A stretch of 64,000 nt of DNA from Octopus sinensis (taxonomy: Eukaryota). The notes below the pieces were generated by a model, which did no database searches, was not told where the DNA came from, and saw only the letters and a list, made by a program, of their open reading frames with translations. The stretch is taken from contig NC_043000.1 in the NCBI RefSeq assembly GCF_006345805.1, forward strand, positions 94,116,001 through 94,180,000, in the 5' to 3' direction. Position numbers and translations under genes: made by a program. Positions 38,196 to 51,779 of the stretch are shown in pieces. Numbering within the stretch: the first letter of the stretch is position 1; each line of letters begins with the position of its first letter.

Positions 38196-38867
38196 TCGAA
38201 GATCTCTGTGTATTACCATATTACGCAATTTCTCAGTTCTGCTTGTACCTCAAATTTGAGGAAAGTTTCACATAGCGCATTTGTTGCTGGAAACTAGAGC
38301 TGATTCTCTTTGTAAACTGCAATGAGTATCTGAGGTAATAAGAAATGATTTCAGATCCCACTCGTCCAATGAATTTTTATACCATTTCGAAAATTGGAAC
38401 TAAATATAATAAGCTCGAAATTTCAGGACAATGATCGGATAGTCAATGTGTTATCACTCATGATAGTACGGCAATACGCGAAGAATTTCTTATCAATGTG
38501 CAATTCCTGCTCACGTGCAGTCGAACTGCTTCTTCTTTCTGCATACTCTATCATTATCTATAAAAAGTCTCTACTCTTCTGGACGAATAAACTACTTATT
38601 ACAATGTAGTTTACATGGTGATGCTGGGTACGCAGATTCTCTCACAGTGTTTCAGGTACTGTAAACAGTTTCACAAACTATAGCGAGTTTACAGTTGAAA
38701 TCTAGTGTTGATTTTCTATGTAAACCATTAAACACACCTTCCTATATTTGTCCTCTTTCTATAAAAAACTGGACGAAAAGCCTTTGGTGAAAATCACCAT
38801 ACGCCTGTTCACTAGATTTTCCTGTACGTGGTATGAATCATGCATTTTCATATATGTTGGAGATCCG

Positions 38868-39100
38868 TGTTTTAGTGTTTAGAGTATTGGACCCATAATT
38901 GTAAGGTTGTGGTTTCGATTCCTGGACCGGATGATGCGTTATGTTCTATAGCAAAACATTTCATTTCACGTTGCTCCAATCCACTCAGCTGGCAAAGGTG
39001 AGTAACCTTGTGACGGACCGCCGTCCCGTCTAGATAGGGAATTTATACGCCATAAAACCAGGAAGTCAGTCATTATGAGTCAACTTGACTGAGAAGGTAA
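38868..39100 (+). mobile_element. SINE family C
   Basis: GGTTTCGATTCC B-box; GCAAAACATTTCATTTCACGTTGCTCCAATCCACTCAGCTGGCAAAGGTGAG. Confidence 0.8.
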
Positions 39101-39701
39101 TTTTTGTATATCTGTGAGAAAGTATTATAGCTTCCGCTCCTTTTACAGAAATTTTATGTTTAACATTACCGAAGCAACTCATTAACTGTGTTGCTCTCAC
39201 ACATATTTAAATTCCCCTGTTATGTTTCTTTTTTTAAGATTTAAGAAGTTTTGTTCTTTATGATAGCACACTCGTTAAAGTATTTCTTGTTAAATCTGAA
39301 ATTCTTGCTTGGTAAACGTTCCGGGTCGGAAATAGTATGTCATGCTTCCAGTAATCGGAGCCTTTCCTGGATGATTATTTCGACGAAATTAAATGGTTTC
39401 ATTTTAAACATGCTAGAATGAAAACATGACTGTGCACAAGTTTGAAAATTACAGAGAGACATGTTTTCAATTTAAATGTTTAAGAGGATGCGCCCTATAC
39501 ATATGTTCAATACATACATAACAACACACACACGTATACTCACACACACACACCCACACATATACTTATATATGTATATGCATGTATGAGTGCATATATC
39601 TGTTTAGCTTTCCTCTCGCTCTCCCTTTCTCTCTCTATATATATATCTATCTGTACATATATATATATATAAATATATGCATATACGTATATATATATAT
39701 G

Positions 39702-39744
<43 letters not shown>

Positions 39745-39917
39745 ATGTGTGTACACACATGTATATACATGTGTATATACATGTATATACATGTATATAC
39801 ATGTATATACATGTATATATATGTATATACATGTATATATATGTGTATATACATGTATATATATATATATGTGTATATACATGTATATATATGTGTATAT
39901 ACATATGTATATACATA

Positions 39918-40280
39918 TAGGTGTGGCTGTGTGGTAAGGAGGTGGCCTCCCAACCACATGGTTCCGGGTTCAATCCCACTCCGTGGGACCTTCAGCAAGT
40001 GTCTTCTGCTATAGCCTCGTGCCGACCAAAGCCTTGCGAGTGGATTTGGTAGATGAAAACTGAAAGAATCCCGTCGTATATGTGTGTGTGTATGTGTGTG
40101 TGTGTGTATGTGTGTTTGTCTCTCCATTTTCGCTTGACAACCGACGTTGGTGTGTTTACGTCAACGTAACCTAGCGGTTCGGTAAAAGATGCCGATAGAA
40201 TAAGTACTAGACTTACAAAGTAAAAATCCTAGGGTCGATCTGTTCGACTAAACGCGGAACAAGTAAGACAATAAAAGAAT
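39918..40280 (+). mobile_element. SINE family A
   Basis: AGGTGTGGCTGTGTGGTAAG...GGTTCAATCCC...internal (TG)n...GATAGAATAAGTACTAG. Confidence 0.85.
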
Positions 40281-40421
40281 ACATACGTATAATATACTGA
40301 TGTTTATGCATATGTATGCACATGCGTCTGTATACACATATATTACACATACACACACGCGCGCGTATATATACATACATGTATATATTCTTTTATTTAT
40401 ATTCATATATATATGTATATT

Positions 40422-40454
<33 letters not shown>

Positions 40455-40486
40455 TATATATATACATAAATGAATATACATAAATG

Positions 40487-40540
<54 letters not shown>

Positions 40541-41088
40541 TGTATGTACGATTTGGGGAGGAGTTTCTAAGTGCTTTCCTTTCCAGAATTCGAGCCGATC
40601 ACTAACAAAGGATATAGCTCTTTCTTCTAAGTGAATAGCACCCTTTCGCCTTGTGGCTATCTGTATTGGTCGATACAGTGTATATATAGATACACAAACA
40701 CACACACACACACACATATACATATATATATGTATGTATATATGTATGTATGTCTGTATATATATATATATATTTGCATGTATGTATACATATAAATATA
40801 TATATACGTATGTGTGTGTGTGTGTGTATAATTATATAGTTATATATATTCGTATGTACCTTTGTGTGCAAATACATATATGTATGTGGTTTTGTGTGCG
40901 CATGAAAATATATGTGTATAATCCGTTTTTAGTTGTAGAACTCGAAGTAGATAAACTATAAATATTATGTAAATATTGGGTTACAATAAATTCTTATGAC
41001 TCAAATGATATATATACCTATGTATATATGCTCAGAAACACACACACACACACACACGCACACTCTCTCAGACATACACATGTGTATG

Positions 41089-41119
<31 letters not shown>

Positions 41120-41258
41120 ATATATATTATATATATACACACATATATATGTGCGTGCTTTGTAGGGACGTGCACTATGTATATTCATCCATAAACTTTG
41201 TAGAGTAGCAGTAGAGTGTATGTGTGTGTGCGCGCGTGTGTGTAAAATGTATAATGAA

Positions 41259-41310
<52 letters not shown>

Positions 41311-41311
<1 letters not shown>

Positions 41312-41820
41312 CATTGAGTGAGAGAGCAGTGCGTGTCATCATGACTACTCTTCTGCTAAGTGTACACCAGGCACATGCAACACAATCATATGTGCGCGAC
41401 ATAGTGATCTCATATCAAGATAAACATCGCATGATCTTGCAGGTGGGACGCAGTTAGAATTTTCTTCAGGTCGAGTAGCCCATCCCACTCAAAAAATCCC
41501 TGAATAAAGGTTGTTTAAGGATATTGAACGAAACACCAATGTTTCGAATGGTGAAGTATCCAAACCCCAAAGAATACCCTTCAACAAATCTCTATGCTGC
41601 TCCCCTTCTGCTCGTGATCAGAGATGCACATATCGTCAGACACTAAGGGACATGCTCAACAGGTTAAGGTCAAGCAACTGAAAAGCAAATCTGTGATATT
41701 GAGCAGAATATTAGATGCAGCCCAACTTTTATACCAAGACGAAACAATGTACCTGATAGCACTTCCAATATGTTGCGATCAGAAGCCATGAAGCCACTGC
41801 CTGGTACTGCATCAGGGGAT
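41311..41820 (-). mobile_element. ~510 bp non-coding repeat in (AAT)n, copy 1 (internally deleted)
   Basis: Colinear with 41858-42412; lacks ~50 bp bounded by CATC microhomology. Confidence 0.75.
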
Positions 41821-41857
41821 ATATTATTATTATAATTATTATTATTATTATTATTAT

Positions 41858-42556
<699 letters not shown>

Positions 42557-42558
42557 CA

Positions 42559-42640
<82 letters not shown>

Positions 42641-42677
42641 CATTATTATTATTATCATTATTATTATTATTATTATT

Positions 42678-43545
42678 AAGGTGGCGAGCAGGCAGAATCG
42701 TTCGCACGCCGGGCAAAAGGCTTAGTAGCATTTCGTTCGGCCTTACATTCTGAGTTCAAATTCTACCGAGGCCGACTTTGCCTTTCGTTCGTTCGGAATC
42801 GATAAAATAAGTACCAGTTGCGCACTGGTGTCGATGTAATCGTGTAGTCCCCTCCCTCAGATTTCAGGCTTTGTGCTTATAGTCGAAAGGATTATTATTA
42901 TTATTAACATGCAAGGCAACACCTGGTTGAGCTATTTGCATGCCGGACAAAATGATTAGCGGCATTTCGTCCGTCTGTACGTTCTGAATTCAATGTCACC
43001 GAGGTTAACCATTCGGTGCCGATAGAATATGTACTAGTTGAGCACTCGAGTCGATGTAACTGACTTACTCACTAGCTTCAAATTACTGGCCTTGTGCCAA
43101 AATTTGAAACCGTTATTCAAAGAAGAATGTTAGCAGAATCGTTAGCGCGTAGGAGAAAAGGCTTAACGCCATTTCTTTCGAGCGTATGTTCTGAGTTCAA
43201 ATTCCACTGAGGTCGGTTTTGCCTTTCATCCATTTGATGTCAGTAAACTAAGCACCAGTTTATTACTGGTTTCAATGTAATCGATTCCCCCTCCCTTTAA
43301 AATCTGCTGACCCTGTACAGATTTGAAACTTTTATCATTATGGCACTGAGCTAACAGTATCTTTAGCGCGTTGAATAAAACGCCTAACGGCATTTCTTTA
43401 TATTTCTTCCTCTCTGAGTCCAAATCACACCAACGTTAACTTTACCTTTCGGGTTCGATAAAATAAAGTACCAGTCACATATTGGGTCGATGTAATTAAC
43501 TCACGCCAGTGCTCTAAAACTGAGAGCCTTAGGCCAAAATTGGAA
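42678..43545 (+). mobile_element. Cluster of four head-to-tail SINE family B copies
   Basis: Heads at ~42678, 42925, 43125 and 43340, each with TTCTGA(G/A)TTCAA.T and CTTTC...GATAAA.TAAG.ACCAG. Confidence 0.75.
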
Positions 43546-43712
43546 TTATTATTGTCGAAATATATTTTACTATTCACATATAAATTCACACAAACACGCA
43601 CACAGAAACACACACACACACACAAGCACACACACATACACATATAGATGCACATACATATACGTGTGTGTACGTGAACGTTTGAGTATATGTGGGAAAG
43701 TGTATATGTGTA

Positions 43713-43745
<33 letters not shown>

Positions 43746-45430
43746 ATGAAAACTTTACATAGTTGTGGCTTTGTATTTACTCCCTAAAGTGTATTACATT
43801 GCTTGTTTTAGTATTTGAGATGTCCATATAGTGAATAAAGAAACCATTATTATCATCATCATCATCATCATCGTCATCATCTCAATCATCATCATCATCA
43901 TTATTATCATCATCTTCATCATCATCTTCGGTAATACTAATGCCATTATTATCAATATTTACCATCACCCGCCTATCATCATCATCAGCATCATCATCAT
44001 CCTGAATAGCTTCAAAGTCTTCATCGATATCATCGTCTCCATCACCGTCGTCTTATATCGTCAATTCTATCAGACATTCCAGGCATTATCGATATTTAAC
44101 TGCCTTCCCCTCCCCACGTCTGCCCTCATTCATTCCACTTCCCAAATACCGAAATTCCAAACCACAAACCCTCTGTCTTTCCCCTCATACGCTCTTCTCT
44201 CAACATCTATCAACCATCACCCCACGTCCTCTTTCATATAACAGGCTGTTCGGAGGGAAATGAGTTTAAGTTAACAAGAACTTTTATAATATGCTCATTT
44301 TTTGTTTTTCCTTTTTCCGAAGCGATCATTGACGCACCTTAGTCAAACAAATAACGAACAGGATAATAAAAGAAGTAAAAAAATGGACTTGAATAATGTA
44401 TAAAATAAAATAAAATAAGCGAATAGATGAAGAAAAATAATGGTTTCTTTTGAATAAGGAACAAATATCCTATTTGGTTAAGGGAGCGGAAAATCGGATG
44501 TCGTGACAGTAATTCCATTCCTAAATATATTGGCAGAGTAAGTGATGTGAAATAATTTCGGCCGGGGAACGAAAACTTTCTTTAGATTCTGTAGATTTTA
44601 ATTCTGCGTTTTAACAGTCCTAGTTTATAGAGGAAATAATAAATTATAAAGTTAACTTGATAGATGGCGCCTGGTATAAGAGATTAGATTAGCCTAAATA
44701 TATTACTGGTATGTGATTCTACAGGAAAGACACTAGAGGGGTAAAGGACAAAATCTGCTGCCGCGAGGTTTTTCGGAAGTAATTTGTAACTAAATTTTGT
44801 AAAGTGTTTGTATTAGTTTTCTACTTACTTCGAACGCAACACTTCCCGAAACAGGGAAAATAATTTATAGTAAGTCAATGTTATCTATCCAAGCATGATA
44901 TTGGTAATTATTATCGATCAACATCGGATAAAGTGCCTAGTCTTATTTGACTACATTTAAAATTTAAGATGTCCGGAGATATAAACTGAATGTTTCTTTA
45001 AAATATTGATTATTTGCTGCCTCCAACATTTTTTTCCCAGAATATTGAGATATTGAGAGATGCAAAGCGCTGCGTTTTTGTCCAGTTTCTTTGTTGTCCT
45101 ATTGTATGGATCGGCGGACTATCAATTGAATCCAAGATTCAAGATCTAATACATCTAATATATGTTCTAAGATCTGGCACCAAGTCTGAACTTGGCATCA
45201 GATCTTGAAGAATGTAGAATGGTGTGCACTGTAATATGCACAGGAATGTACATACCTCAGGGTAGAATGAAGCATGTAGAATGATATACATTGTTTAGAA
45301 ACACTACTATGCCAATCTGAACTCACGTAGTCTGATACTGTTGTGGTATACTGAAAGAAGCCTGTTGTATATATATATATATATATAATATATATATATA
45401 TATTATATATATATATGTATATATATATAA

Positions 45431-45624
45431 ATGAAAGAATGGAGTCGAACGAATATTTTAACAAAATTCCTTTACTCTCGACACATGTTTCGAAGACTGC
45501 ATATTCTTAATTCCGAAGGAATAAAAGGTGCATTATGCCGTCTTCTCTTCAGGAAAGACAAGGAACCTCTATCAGTCTCAAGACGAACAAAAACTTTTTG
45601 ATGACTGCCTACATTGTATCCACA

Positions 45625-45627
<3 letters not shown>
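45431..45627 (-). mobile_element. ~200 bp hammerhead-bearing mini-element (Penelope pLTR/retrozyme-like) inserted in (TA)n
   Basis: Unique sequence bounded by (TA)n on both sides inside a SINE A copy. Confidence 0.65.
45469..45563 (-). ncRNA. Type I hammerhead ribozyme, canonical core, predicted GUC cleavage between 45480 and 45479
   Basis: Minus strand: CCTTGTCTTTC-CTGAAGA-GAAGAC..GCATA...TATGC..GTCTTC-GAAAC-ATGT-GTC-GAGAGTAAAGG. Helix I is CTTTC/GAGAG plus CCTT/AAGG; helix II is 6+5 bp; helix III is 2 bp with palindromic ACATGT. Confidence 0.8.
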
Positions 45628-45668
<41 letters not shown>

Positions 45669-45848
45669 GGGGTGCTTGCGTGCAAGCGTTTGTGTATGTC
45701 TTTGTGACTGTGTTTGTCCCCCCTCCCACAGATTGCCAACCGGTGCTGGTGTGTTTACGTCCCTGTAACATAGTGGTTCGACCTATGTGACCAATAGAAT
45801 AAGTGCCATACTTGAAGAAAATAGGTACAGGGATCGATCCGTTCGACT

Positions 45849-46523
45849 AAGAATTCTTCAAGACGGAGCCCCAGCATAGCCCCAGTCTAATGATTGAAGC
45901 AAAAGAAAAATAAAAGATTAACCACTTCAAGCGTCCCTGGCACTACTTTGTTAGTGCAAGTTCTCATTTTTAACTATAAATGAATCTTTTTTGCAAAGAA
46001 GGAAGAAGCTTAACAGAACCAGTTTATTACTGGTACTGATGGACACTGAGAAGCTCTGTAAGACATAAATTCAGTACCCTACTTTCATTGCTGTCCCCAC
46101 ACACCGATTTTGATGTTCGCAGGTATAATGAATTACTATTTCTTTTCATTTAGTACAAGCTGAATTGTTCAGATGTAGGTGGGATTTAATAAAGAATTCT
46201 TCAAGACGGAGCCCCATCATGGCCCCAGTCTAATGATTGAAGCAAGTGTAAAATAAAAGATCAACTACTTCAAGCGTCCCCAGCACTACTTTGTTAGTGC
46301 AAGTTCACATTTTTAACTATAAATGAATCCTTTTTGCAAAGGAAGAAGAAGCTTAACGGAACCAGTTTATTACTGGTACTGATACACGCTGTAAGACATA
46401 CATTCGGTACCCTCTTTCATTGCTGTCCCCACACCACGATTTTGATGTTCGCTGGTATAATGAATTACTATTTCTTTTCATTTAGTACAAGCAGAATTAT
46501 TCAGATGTAGGTGGGATTTAATA
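45849..46523. repeat. Tandem duplication of a ~343 bp unit (SINE A 3' end + unique flank)
   Basis: AAGAATTCTTCAAGACGGAGCCCC starts at 45849 and 46192; both units end GTAGGTGGGATTTAATA. Confidence 0.9.
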
Positions 46524-47814
46524 AAAAAAAATCTCTGCTTCTCCCTCACCACCATCCCTATTGGAATCAAAGACAAAGTTGAATGTGTCTGGATTTGAAC
46601 TGAGGACAAAGGGTGTAAGGAGGGGTGAAACTAAATAGCATAAAGCATTTAATTGGTGTTCTGCTGTCTCCACCATCTCCATTAACAGACAGCTTTCCAA
46701 CATAATGAATAATAACAAGAAGTACAACTACATTAAACAATATCAAAAAAATATAATGGCCGCTTCCCAAGTTAAATATAAAATGAATTACATGTGCCAA
46801 TAAAACGACGGCTAAATTATCAAAACTGACGCAATTAGTCCCGACAGATTTTATGAATTCAACAACTGACAATGGAAACAAAAATCACCACTTCATTATT
46901 ATTTTAATAAACCATTGATCATATTATGTTATTGATACAGTGGAGAAGGAGAGTTGGCTAGAGACGGTAGGGTGTCTAACTGAATTACTTATAATATTAT
47001 AATATGTAGTCTCGTCTGTTTATGTTTTAAGTTCAAATCTGTTCAAATTTGTTTCGTTTTTATTGTAATTTCGAATGAGGGGTGGGTAAAAGAAGTAACA
47101 TCAATATATGGAATAGGGTCAATTCGGCCAACTTTCAGATAAGCATTAATGTTGTGTGTCTGTCGTTAGAATAAAGTGAAATTCTCAAGAGTAACTTTAT
47201 ATTATAACAACGATAGGGCTAACCGGAAGTCTCTGGTGAGCAGAGTTCAAGAATTTATTTCGAAGATTAACAAAAACAAACTCGCATAACTGAATCAGTC
47301 ATTGTCTCTGGAGAAACAATTTGAACGTCATAAGGCCTCACTCTTCCCATGATTCAATGCACTGTGTCTGATTTGATAAATAAATTCAGAAGAGAAACTA
47401 TAGTATATTATGGCGCGTAAAGCATCAACCAAGTGTGAGAACTGAATATGATGCTTTGTCGTAGAACAGGCAAACAAAAGTGTCACTGCAGTACTTACAT
47501 ACACACACATACACACACACAATTTATAGATACCTATATGTGAGTGTATGTATGTATGTATGCATGCATTTAATGTTGACAGTCAGAAGAAAGAGTACTC
47601 AATACCAAAGTAGAGGCTAAATAAATATTATTTTTACTTTGGCGAATCAGTCTCTTGTTACTATGAGTTCCATATGTAGATGCAGAGTGTCTTTGAGAAA
47701 AAACTAAGTAAATTACCGGGAATGTAGAGTTAAATACATCTATTTATTAACGCCGAGCAAACAGTTGTTCAATACCGTTTCATTCTTTCTGATTTTATCA
47801 CCAGAGCTACACTA

Positions 47815-48240
47815 AGAAACCAAACGAAATAAGGAAAATTACTATTAAAGACATGTTGCTTGTTGGTGATGCCATCTGCAATTTTGAAGATGGCTTTCAT
47901 AAAGACAGATTCTCGAGGGTTTGTAGCTACTTGGGTCTTATAATCTCAAAAAGACCCAAATTTGGGGACAAGGACCCTTGAGTACCCATCATGAAATGGG
48001 GTAGTAAATGAGTTTCAATAAGAGCAAGCTTCAAGAAGTGCATTGGCAAAGACAGCTATTACTTTCCCCAGATAAAAGCCTGAGGTTATCTATCAGAAAA
48101 ATTCCGTATAAGAACGTGATGTGGACAACATACTCTTCACAAGAATGCAAAATCATGTGCTTCATGTGCTTCATGTTTGGTGTCAAGGCAGAATTCTTAG
48201 AATCAAATGGCCGGATAGGGTCTGCTATTTTTCTTTTGCA
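47815..48240 (+). mobile_element. Decayed RTE-clade RT fragment
   Basis: IRKITIKDMLLVGDA (cf. LIREMLFADDA), SYLG, WTTYSSQECK and RILRIKWPDRV, in shifting frames. Confidence 0.6.
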
Positions 48241-48257
48241 CCCTTTTAAGTCCTAAC

Positions 48258-48482
48258 CAGGCTCATGTGCCCGGTTTCCCGGTTCAATGGCGTATGTATT
48301 CCCAGCTGGACGGGATGCCAGTCCATCGCAGCGTTACTCAATTTTACCAGCTGAGTGGACTGGAGTAATGTGAAATGAGGTGTTTTGCTTAAGATCACAA
48401 CGCGTCGCCCGGTCCAGGAATCGAAACCACAATCTTACGATCATGATTCTGACACCCTAACCACAACGCCACGCGCCTCCAC
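48258..48482 (-). mobile_element. SINE family C, near full length
   Basis: The reverse complement gives GTGGAGGCGCGTGGCGTTGTGG...GGTTTCGATTCC...CATTTCACATTACTCCAGTCCACTCAGCTGG. Confidence 0.85.
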
Positions 48483-49081
48483 CAGGGTCTGCTAAAGTAG
48501 CGTACTTATTAGGTCAGGCATTCTCTTCATGTTCACTTTTACGCCTACCAATGACAATTGTGAAGTTTTTGACATGTCCGTTGAATTGATGATGGCCGCA
48601 TTCCGAAACAGCTGTTGCGCTCATCTGAAGTGATATAAATCGAGAGGCAAATGCTGCCCACATCTGCGACATCATACGAGGATCTGTGCAAGCATGATAC
48701 GGAAGCAACTACCATAAACCATGTCACTTGAGAAGCAGTCGCAAAAAACAATATTCTCTTGAAACAAGCATCATATGCGTGACGAAATGGAATCAAAGTT
48801 GATATTAGAGCGAGAGGATAAAGCGAGGAAGAAGAAATTGTGTTGCCATTGAAATTCAACGTGCAACAGCCTTATTAGAATTACCGGTTTTTATACATCA
48901 GATCTACTGTCAAACTACGGGTCTGAGATTGGATTTCACGATCATTTCACAAAGTACTCTTTCAACAACTCGTCCTCAAGATCCCCTCCCCATCATCTGC
49001 GAAACTGACGAATCTCTCTTTCTCTCTCGCTCTGTCTCTCTCACCTTTGCTCTTTCTTTGTCTCTCGTTCTCTCACTATTA

Positions 49082-49164
<83 letters not shown>

Positions 49165-49167
49165 CTC

Positions 49168-49380
49168 AAAGGCGGTGAGCTGGGAAAATCATTAGTACGC
49201 CGCGCAAAATGCTTAGCGGCATTTCGTCTGTCTTCACGTTCTGAGTTGAAATTCTGCCGAGGTCGACTTTGCCTTTCATCCTTTCAGGGTTGATAAAATC
49301 ATTATCACTGGTGTACTGGGGTTGATGCAATAAACGTATACTATACCCGAAATTGTTGGATTTGTGCCAAAGTTTGAAAT
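49168..49380 (+). mobile_element. SINE family B
   Basis: AAGGCGGTGAGCTGG...GCCGAGGTCGACTTTGCCTTTCATCCTTTCAGGGTTGATAAA...GTGCCAAAGTTTGAAA. Confidence 0.85.
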
Positions 49381-49572
49381 CAATATATATATATAATGGT
49401 GTGTGTGTACACACACACGTGTACAAATATTTGTATATATATACATCTTTCTCCATTGTGTACCTTATTCTTTATCTTTCCTTACAATAGAAAGTACAAA
49501 TTATTTACACATATTTATATACATACATACATACATACAATCATACATACATACATACACACACACACACAT

Positions 49573-49604
<32 letters not shown>

Positions 49605-49993
49605 GCTCTTTTGCTTATGTGTGTACGCGAATGTGTTGTGAATGCGCGCGCGCATGTGTGCTAGTTTGCGTGATTTAGGGTGTGTAAACACCTATGTAAA
49701 TTGATCTGCAGCGTCCATCCCTTGCCACAATTTCTCATTTCGACTCAGATAATTTATTAATGTATTTAAATATATGCATACTTATTTACATTTCTCGCTA
49801 TTCACTTGACTGTCTACTTAATTTTTATCATTTGTCTCTTCTCTCTACTAAATGTCATTCTATCGCCTTTACTTTCTTTCGGTCACTTATTTCCCTGTCT
49901 AACTATTTTGTCTAATCTTTTCCATTGACCAATAAGGTCTGGAACCAGAAACGTGGTTCCAATAGCTCAAAGAAGCTATTTGAAAGAACTCTT

Positions 49994-50710
49994 CCTTTTC
50001 GTCTTCGTTTAAGTAGATCATCAATGTCAAGAAATGCTAGTGAAACCCATCTCCTTTCAAGCAACACTTAAATAGTCTAGTAAAATCCAAACAAGACCCT
50101 CGTCAAGAAATCAATGCTTCCGCTGCTTCCACTAGTAGTTTTGATGAGTGTATACCACTTACGTGATAACATCAAGCGAACTTTTGAGATTTTAATGCGA
50201 CAACTAGTAGCGCTGGGCTTGATGAGGGGCGCTGCTGTTCTTTCAGTGACTAAAAATAAGGTGGAGTTTGGATCAGTTTGCTTAGTTCTGAGTGATGGTC
50301 ATCAGTTTGTCGGATGTTTAGTCATGAATAACAAATTTAACCCTTTACCTCTCCTGTGTATCACACAAGAAATTTCCCTTGGGTCCGTGTGTCATAGACG
50401 TTCCTAATCATTTCCACCCACCAGAGTAACCTGGAACTTATAAAAGGAAAGCTTTATTTTAGCCAAAACAGCGCCCCTGATCAAGCCCAACACTTCTGGT
50501 TACCGCGTTAAAATCTCAAAAGTTCGTATGATATTATAGGCGTAAGTGTTATACGCTCATCGAAACTACCGGTAGAAGCAGCAGAAGCACTGTTTTCTTG
50601 ACAAGGGTCTAGTTTGGATTTTAGTGCAATGCTGAAATGTTGCTTGAAGAGAGACGGGTTTCATCAACATCTCTTGACATTGATGATCTACGACAAGAAA
50701 ACCGAAAAGG
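49994..50710. repeat. Inverted repeat pair, ~79 bp arms (49994-50072 / 50632-50710)
   Basis: GTAGATCATCAATGTCAAGA.ATG...TGAAACCC.TCTC..TTCAAGCAACA occurs in both orientations. Confidence 0.8.
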
Positions 50711-51779
50711 ACCGTTCATTCAATGGCTAACTAAAAGTCTAAGAGCAAGCATAGATGTTTAGGACAAACCTATAAAAATGGTTTGGGCAGATACAGTACT
50801 TTAGAATAGTATCAATACTCTAGAGAAGTAGGTATATATACATGTGTGTTTGTGTGTGTGTGTTATACTAAAGGCAAAACACTTACGGGATTAAAAGTAA
50901 AATCCGCTGCCTTGAGGTTTATTCTAATATGTAAACAGCATCCTTATACGGTTCTCGCATTAACCTCCTTAGATTAAAGGCCGAATTACAAATTAAAAGT
51001 ACGTTATGGATCGCCACCTGTGTCGACGATTAGCATTGAAACTGAACTATTGACTAATCACTGAATTGTACTGTGTGCGATGAGTATTACGTTAAAGGCA
51101 ATACTCGAACTAGATCAGTGTGATAAACTATTCAAGAAGTATGTTTCTTTGAATTACAGATTTACAGTCCATTTGACGGGCTTCCGCCCAATTTCTGTCT
51201 AACTAGTTGTACTCACAAAACTTAGGGCATTCCAAATGCTATGGTAAAAAGAAACACTTGGCCGCGAAGTCACGCCAAGAGAATCAAACACGGGAGTTCC
51301 TTATGCACGAAGTAATTTTTTTTATTTAACCAGCCGGGATATGCCTGCCTCACAACAATGTAAATCCTGTGGATGTGACTCATGTGAGAAAAGATTTCAG
51401 TGAAAAGAATTTGTTTCGATGATTAAAATTTGCACAACAAATACAACCACCTGTGGTAGTTGAAACAATTGTGACAAGACAATGAAGAAAGTATGATAAA
51501 TACAAGTGCTTAAGTAAAGTAGACGTTATTAAGTAAATAAATAAATAAATGGCTGAAAAAATAAATAAATGAATAAGTAAAAACATGTCTAGGTGTTGTC
51601 GTTTTTTATATTTTGTTGCTGTTGAAGATCTCTTCATAATCGTATCTGAAATGTAAATGAAAAACAAGCAGTGAAAATTTGTGACATTCTTTTGTTATTC
51701 TAGGAATATACGACTTCAAATAAATAAATAAATAAATAAATAGATAATGGTAATTTTTAGGAAATAATTTTTATCATAG

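Larger units (their letters stand above)
45330..45910 (+). mobile_element. SINE family A (head missing) interrupted in its (TA)n tract
   Basis: ACTGAAAGAAGCCTGTTG-(TA)n ... (TA)n-GTGTTTGTCCCC...CAACCGGTGCTGGTGTGTTTACGTCCC...CCCCAGCATAGCC. Confidence 0.75.

Noticed and set aside
44660-44675. TAGATGGCGC, CTCF-like half motif
   Set aside because: Partial match only; not supportable without ChIP or conservation data.
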